Below, piece after piece: positions 58,843-64,000 of a stretch of 64,000 nt of DNA (positions are counted from its first letter, which is position 1; every line of letters starts with the position of its first letter). The translations under genes were made by a program, and so were the position numbers. The DNA is from Chloroflexota bacterium (GTDB taxonomy: Bacteria; Chloroflexota; UBA11872; VXOZ01): the NCBI GenBank assembly GCA_026710945.1, contig JAPOQA010000058.1, forward strand, positions 10,688 to 74,687, given 5' to 3'. The notes under the pieces are model-generated. The model searched no databases. It had not been told where the DNA came from and worked only from the letters and a program-made list of their open reading frames with translations.

Positions 58843-58880
58843 AAGGAGAAGGTCAGGGCGACCCTCTCCTTATTTGTTTC
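58843..58880. terminator. Bidirectional hairpin terminator between the DUF1640-like gene (+) and rpmB (-)
   Basis: aaaAGGAGAAGGtcagggcgaCCCTCTCCTtatttgttt; imperfect GC stem with T-rich runs on both strands. Confidence 0.4.
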
Positions 58881-58913
58881 CCGGTGCAAGCATGCACCCA
58901 TCCTTGGGCGAAG

Positions 58914-59126
58914 CTAGACCGCAGTTGATTTCGCCTGTGTGCGGAGGCAGCGCGTGCAGATGTTGACTTTCTTGAGCTGACCGTCAATGAGCAGCCGCAC
59001 TTTCTGCACGTTGGCTTTCCACACCTTGCGCGTCTTCGGCGCACGATAGCGCCACTGGCCGGAAGCCTGGTGCTGAATATTGTGACCTACTTGCGCGCCT
59101 TTTCCACATACGTTACAAACAGCCAT
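58914..59126 (-). CDS. rpmB: 50S ribosomal protein L28
   Basis: MAVCNVCGKGAQVGHNIQHQ...RYRAPKTRKVWKANVQKVRL matches L28 (MSRVCQVTGK...). GAGGA RBS 12 nt upstream. Confidence 0.85.
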   Translation of the reverse strand: MAVCNVCGKGAQVGHNIQHQASGQWRYRAPKTRKVWKANVQKVRLLIDGQLKKVNICTRCLRTQAKSTAV

Positions 59127-59419
59127 GAGCTAGTCCTAAGTCCTCAGTTAGTCCGGTCGTCCGTGTTATTCTTGACCATGCGATCCATCTATCGCTATGA
59201 TGATCGTGTCACCAAGCCCCAATGTTAGCATAGATTCGATCCCATACTCAATCCTGACGCGTGGTGAGTGAGTTTGCAATCTTGGTTTTTGCGTCGGTTG
59301 CACGTTTGTGAATGGACTCACAAATGGACGGCAGGCCAGAGAAGCTTGTAGTCCCAGGTTTTCAGTAAACGACATGGCAGACATAGTCTCTCCAAAGTAC
59401 AGAGAGGTATGCAGAAATC

Positions 59420-61096
59420 GTGGATGATGCCCAGACCGGACAGGAAGTGCGCGAAGGAATCGCTGTGAAGTGCGATGGGCGCAGCCTCATCGGGGCTCTG
59501 GAGTACGGATACCATCTCCTTGCCGCCAATAAGGAGGAGATCAACCGGCTCAACGTCTTTCCCGTGCCGGACGGCGACACCGGAACCAACATGCTCCTTA
59601 CCCTGGAAGCTGCCCTGCAGGCGGGTAAACAGGCAAGCAGCACGCGCGCGGACGAGGTCTCCCAGGCGATCTATCGCGGTGCATTGATGGGCGCGCGGGG
59701 CAACTCAGGTGTTATCTTCTCCCAGTGCCTGCGCGGGATTGCGGATGCCTTGGCGGAGTCAGATGAAATCACTGTCCCAGGCATTGTGCAGGCGTTGCGT
59801 TCGGCTTCCGACTCCTCCTATGCGGCGTTGCAAGAGCCGCAAGAAGGCACGATGCTCACCGTAGCACGCGATACCGCGGAGGCATGTGAGGCTGGCGCGC
59901 CGGACGCTGAGATGTCTGCGGTGCTTGCAACGGCCGTCGCCGCCGCGGAGCGGTCTGTCGCCCGCACGCCGCAGTTGCTGGACGTGCTGCGGGATGCCGG
60001 CGTGGTGGATGCCGGCGGACAGGCGTTGTGGCTCTTGTTGGAAGGGGCGCGGCGATACGTCACCGGTGAGTCGGTTGAGCAGGTGGAGCTGCCCAGCAGC
60101 GAACGGGCGCTTCTCCCAGAGATTGCGGCGGTTACTGAAACCCTGTACGGTTATTGCACGGGTTTCTTGGTGAGCGGCGCCGATCTCGAAGTAATGGAGA
60201 TGCGCCACGCGGTAGCCGAGCGCGGCACCTCGGTGGTGGTTGTCGGTGACGAAGATTTGGTGCGAGTCCACGTGCACACGGAGAATCCGGGCGCCGTGCT
60301 CGATCTTGCCCGCGCTGCGGGAAACCTCCACCGCATCGAGATCTTCAACATGGACGACCAGTACGAGCGGTTGCAGTCAGCGTTAGCTGACGGGGACCTG
60401 CCGGGGATCGACGTGGTGCCAACTGAAGCCGCGCCGGAGCCGCGCGAGCAGTGCGTGGTCGCGGTGGCGGATGGCACAGGTCTTGCAGAGATCTATCGAG
60501 ACATCGGCGCAACTGTGGTGAGCGGCGGTCCCACTATGAACCCGAGCACCCAGGAGATCTTCCAGGCGATTGAGGCCACCAATGCGCGTCACGTGTTTGT
60601 CTTGCCGAATGATAAGAACGTGATTCTGTCTGCGGAGCAGACGCGGGACTTGTCGGACACAGATGTTCGCGTGTTGCCGACGTACTCCTCGGCACACGGC
60701 ATCGCCGCTTTGCTGGCGTTTCAAGAGAGCCAAGACCCTGACGTGAATGAAAGCGCAATGCAGGACGCGGCGGAGAACACCCAGTACGGGGCGGTGACTC
60801 TTGCCACACGAGATGCCACCGTGGATGGCGTGGACGTTCTCCAAGGGCAATGGCTCGCACTTGCAGGCGGCCACGTTTGCGCCTCTCATGACGACCTCCT
60901 CGCAGCAGTTAAGTCTGTGGTCGAGCGCATGGGACCGGATACTGCTGAGCTCCTCACTTGCTATCACGGGGTAGACGTTTCAGAAGATGAGGCTAACTCC
61001 CTTAGCGCCCAGATTCAATCGCAGTTTCCAAAGCTGGAAATCGAGGTCATCTCCGGCGGCCAGCCGCACTATCCATATCTGATGACCCTTGAGTGA
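59420..61096 (+). CDS. yloV: DAK2-domain fusion protein YloV
   Basis: NVFPVPDGDTGTNM DAK2 motif; about 550 aa; conserved rpmB/yloV/recG neighbourhood. Confidence 0.8.
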   Translation: MDDAQTGQEVREGIAVKCDGRSLIGALEYGYHLLAANKEEINRLNVFPVPDGDTGTNMLLTLEAALQAGKQASSTRADEVSQAIYRGALMGARGNSGVIFSQCLRGIADALAESDEITVPGIVQALRSASDSSYAALQEPQEGTMLTVARDTAEACEAGAPDAEMSAVLATAVAAAERSVARTPQLLDVLRDAGVVDAGGQALWLLLEGARRYVTGESVEQVELPSSERALLPEIAAVTETLYGYCTGFLVSGADLEVMEMRHAVAERGTSVVVVGDEDLVRVHVHTENPGAVLDLARAAGNLHRIEIFNMDDQYERLQSALADGDLPGIDVVPTEAAPEPREQCVVAVADGTGLAEIYRDIGATVVSGGPTMNPSTQEIFQAIEATNARHVFVLPNDKNVILSAEQTRDLSDTDVRVLPTYSSAHGIAALLAFQESQDPDVNESAMQDAAENTQYGAVTLATRDATVDGVDVLQGQWLALAGGHVCASHDDLLAAVKSVVERMGPDTAELLTCYHGVDVSEDEANSLSAQIQSQFPKLEIEVISGGQPHYPYLMTLE

Positions 61097-61102
61097 GGTG
61101 CT

Positions 61103-63538
61103 ATGCCCCGCTCCGAACCTCGCGACCGCGCCAAGATCCTGCGCCGCATTCTTGAGCAGGAGATGCAGCGGGGATATGACGATGGCGCGGTAATTGGCGG
61201 CCTAGAGCGATTTGTCGCAAACTGGCAAGCCGAGAACACCAACACCGCCAGAGATGTTCAAGTTCTTCCCGCAATCGAGCGTGGATTGCGGGACTACGGC
61301 GCGCTTGAACCATCGGAAAGAGCGTCTCGCGTACAGAGCCTGTTGCACGTCCTGAACGAAAGCCCACGCCCTGCATCTCCTCCACAGAGCGGTCCACCCC
61401 AACGGAAAGCCGTTACGTCCGCTGCAAAGGCCGAAACCAAGGTTTCGCGGCCCCGAAAGCAACGTGGCGCGCAGCCGAAGGCAGGTCTAGATTCACCTCT
61501 TACTGTCGTGCCGATGCTGAAGGCTGAAGACGCTAAGCGCCTGGAGAAGTTGGGCCTTGCTACGCTGGGCGATCTCATCCAGCACTTTCCGCACCGGCAC
61601 ATCGACCGCAGCAGCATCAAGACGATCGCCGACCTCAAGCCCGGTGAAGAAGTCACCATCATGGCCAACGTGATGCAGGTGGAGAATCGGCGCGTAACCC
61701 AGGGCCGCATGGTCATCACCGAGGCTGCCTTGGCAGACAAGACGGGCTACATCAAGGCGGTCTGGTTCAATCAACCGTTTCTACAACGCAGCCTCACGAA
61801 TAAGCGCCGCGTTACGGTAGCAGGCAAGGTGGAAATCAGCCGCTCCGGACTGGAATTGCGTTCGCCCGAGTACGAATTTGCCGAAAGCCCCGAGCACGGG
61901 CTGCACGTGGGACGGCTGGTGCCGGTCTATCCGCTGACGGCCAATCTCTCTGCGAAGTGGATGCGCCGCTGGGTCCACTCTGCGCTGGACATGGCCGTTC
62001 ATGCCGTAAGAGAGGTTGTACCGGAAGACATTCTGAAGCGAAATTCCCTAATGGGCGCACAAGAAGCCCTGCGCCAGATGCATTTCCCCGAGAGTAATGA
62101 GCAGCGTCAGCGTGCGGTCCACCGCCTTGCTTTTGACGAATTCTTCTTCATTCAACTTGGCACGCTGCAACGGCGCCGCGAGTGGCAGCTCGATCAACCC
62201 GGTGTTCCGGTACGTGTCGACGCCGATGTTTCACAGGCGTTTCTCGACTCGTTGCCCTTCTCCCTGACGCGCCACCAGCAGCAGGCGCTAACCGAGATTT
62301 TCGCCGACGTGGGTAAGCCGGCGGCCATGAACCGCTTGCTGCAAGGCGACGTCGGTTCCGGCAAGACGGTCGTTGCGGCCGCGGTGGCGCTGCAGATGGC
62401 GAAACACGGACTCCAGTCGGTCATCATGGCGCCGACGGAGGTACTGGCCGAACAACACCTACAGACCTTCAAGGGTTTTCTTGATCCGTTCGCGGTGCGC
62501 AGTGCCTTGCTGACCGGCAGTACGCGCAAGAGTGAACGCAGGGTCATGCTGGCCGACTTGGAGTCAGGTGCGCTAGACCTCCTGGTGGGCACGCACGCCG
62601 TCATCCAGGAAGACGTAGTGTTTTACAACTTGGGTTTGGCGGTCGTGGATGAGCAGCACCGTTTTGGCGTGCGGCAACGCGCAGTCCTGCGGCGCAAGGG
62701 TCGTAACCCTCACGTCTTGGTTATGACGGCGACGCCAATCCCGCGTTCGCTGGCGCTCACGCTCTACGGTGACTTGGACGTTTCCACGATTCGAGAGATG
62801 CCGACAGGACGCTTGCCGATCACGACCCGTTGGGTGCCGGCGGAGAAACGCACACCGGCATATGCCTTTGTCGCCAAGCAGGTTGCGCAAGGCCGCCAGG
62901 CCTTCATCATTTTCCCGCTCATCGAAGAGTCTGAGACATTGCAAGTGCGCGCCGCCAAGAGCGAGTTCAATCGCCTGCAGAAAGAAGTCTTTCCGCAACT
63001 CAAGGTGGATTTGCTCCATGGGCGTCTGACCAGCAGACAGAAAGAGAAGGTCATGCGCGCGTTTGCGGCAGGAGAAACTGACATTCTGGTAAGTACGCCC
63101 GTCGTTGAGGTCGGCATAGACGTGCCCAACGCCACAGTGATGATGATCGAGAGCGCCGAACGCTTCGGCCTTGCCCAGCTCCACCAGTTCCGGGGCCGCG
63201 TGGGGCGCGGCGAGCACCAATCGTATTGTTTTCTGCTATCTGATTCGGCCAATGCGGCGGAGAACGAACGCTTGCGCATCTTGGAGGAGCAACGCGACGG
63301 CTTCGCGCTGGCGGAAAAGGACCTGATGCTGCGCGGGCCGGGTGAGTTCTTTGGTACGCGCCAAGCCGGGCTCCCGGCACTCAAAGTGGCGAAGCTCTCC
63401 GACCTCGCTACATTAGAGCTTGCCCGCGAGGAAGCAAGGAAGCTATTTGATGCGGATCCGCTGCTGCAAGACCCGAGGTACGCGGGGCTCGCGCAGCGAG
63501 TTGCCACGTTCTGGCGTGTGGAAAGCGAACTTTCATGA
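61103..63538 (+). CDS. recG: ATP-dependent DNA helicase RecG
   Basis: Wedge domain, helicase motif I LLQGDVGSGKTVVAA, DEQH box (VVDEQHRFGV), motif VI QLHQFRGRVGRG; 811 aa. Confidence 0.9.
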   Translation: MPRSEPRDRAKILRRILEQEMQRGYDDGAVIGGLERFVANWQAENTNTARDVQVLPAIERGLRDYGALEPSERASRVQSLLHVLNESPRPASPPQSGPPQRKAVTSAAKAETKVSRPRKQRGAQPKAGLDSPLTVVPMLKAEDAKRLEKLGLATLGDLIQHFPHRHIDRSSIKTIADLKPGEEVTIMANVMQVENRRVTQGRMVITEAALADKTGYIKAVWFNQPFLQRSLTNKRRVTVAGKVEISRSGLELRSPEYEFAESPEHGLHVGRLVPVYPLTANLSAKWMRRWVHSALDMAVHAVREVVPEDILKRNSLMGAQEALRQMHFPESNEQRQRAVHRLAFDEFFFIQLGTLQRRREWQLDQPGVPVRVDADVSQAFLDSLPFSLTRHQQQALTEIFADVGKPAAMNRLLQGDVGSGKTVVAAAVALQMAKHGLQSVIMAPTEVLAEQHLQTFKGFLDPFAVRSALLTGSTRKSERRVMLADLESGALDLLVGTHAVIQEDVVFYNLGLAVVDEQHRFGVRQRAVLRRKGRNPHVLVMTATPIPRSLALTLYGDLDVSTIREMPTGRLPITTRWVPAEKRTPAYAFVAKQVAQGRQAFIIFPLIEESETLQVRAAKSEFNRLQKEVFPQLKVDLLHGRLTSRQKEKVMRAFAAGETDILVSTPVVEVGIDVPNATVMMIESAERFGLAQLHQFRGRVGRGEHQSYCFLLSDSANAAENERLRILEEQRDGFALAEKDLMLRGPGEFFGTRQAGLPALKVAKLSDLATLELAREEARKLFDADPLLQDPRYAGLAQRVATFWRVESELS

Positions 63539-64000
63539 GCGAATCCTATACAGATCCCGATGAGCTTTTCGATGTTTGTGATTCGTTGGGGCGACCGCTG
63601 GGTTTGCGCAAGCGCCGGGCGGACGTACATCGCGACGGCGACTGGCACCGGTCTATCCACTGTTGGGTAGTGGGGCAGTACCACAACGGCACGCCCTACG
63701 TGATTTTCCAGCGTCGGTCGGAATCCAAGGATACGTCACCGGGGAAACTGGATGCGACCGTTGGGGGACACTTGACCGCCGGGGAGTCCGTAGAGGATGC
63801 CTTGCGGGAATCTCAAGAGGAGATCGGCCTCGCTCTCTCAATGAGCGATCTCTTGCCGTTAGGAGTACGCCAAGCCGCGAGTGATATCGAGCCCGGCGTA
63901 CGTGACTATGAGGTGCAGTTCGTTTTCTTGTATCGAGCTAATCTACCGCTCTCCTCTTTCGCGCCAAGCCCTGCCGAGGTCTCGGCCTTGTTAGAGATTT
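63535..64000 (+). CDS. NUDIX hydrolase (IPP-isomerase-like), C-terminally truncated by the window end
   Basis: ATG overlaps the recG stop (ATGA). Translation contains a NUDIX box GGHLTAGESVEDALRESQEEIGL. Confidence 0.55.
   Translation, partial: MSESYTDPDELFDVCDSLGRPLGLRKRRADVHRDGDWHRSIHCWVVGQYHNGTPYVIFQRRSESKDTSPGKLDATVGGHLTAGESVEDALRESQEEIGLALSMSDLLPLGVRQAASDIEPGVRDYEVQFVFLYRANLPLSSFAPSPAEVSALLEI

Noticed and set aside
59183-59212. Sigma70-like promoter TTGACC-N18-TATGAT between rpmB and yloV
   Set aside because: Only a single hexamer match was found by eye, about 200 nt from the yloV start. This is too weak to list as a feature without a genome-wide motif model.

Overview
High-GC (about 60%) bacterial chromosomal window. 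Gene content (YloV, DUF177-rpmF, DarA, MurT/GatD, GH57, Tat-signal solute-binding proteins) suggests Chloroflexota or another monoderm-like lineage, but this is a low-confidence guess. The window has three main parts. (i) Coordinates 300-10663 hold a translationally coupled surface-polysaccharide operon on the minus strand: four GT2 and two GT1/GT4 glycosyltransferases, a Wzy/WaaL-like polymerase or ligase, a WbaP-like priming transferase and an enolase-superfamily enzyme. A TPR protein, a SPOR/beta-propeller lipoprotein, a methyltransferase and a sugar-phosphate nucleotidyltransferase lie nearby. (ii) Coordinates 16.6-43 kb are a mixed metabolic and accessory stretch: icd, a c-di-AMP receptor DarA immediately upstream of the peptidoglycan-amidation pair murT-gatD, Fur, an AAC(3)-like acetyltransferase, a DppA-like peptidase co-transcribed with a degenerate LmbE-like lipoprotein, two tandem orphan sugar-binding proteins, a cytoplasmic Cys-type sulfatase, a GH57 plus GT4 pair, gyrB/parE and others. 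(iii) Coordinates 43.6-64 kb are a housekeeping block: pyrR-pyrB-pyrC-carA-carB-pyrK with a clear PyrR attenuator, coaD, DUF177-rpmF, fabD-fabG-accC, nusB, rpmB, yloV, recG and a NUDIX fragment. The most striking thing not explained by genes is a set of at least four families of short dispersed, often palindromic, MITE/REP-like repeats. They are nested together at at least seven intergenic sites. One nest separates murT from gatD. One forms a 16-mer tandem array next to fur. One forms a roughly 350-bp array at 33.2 kb. A low-GC islet between nusB and rpmB encodes a DUF1640-like coiled-coil membrane protein. No CRISPR, rRNA or tRNA was recognised. All calls come from reading the sequence and from motif memory; no database search was run.
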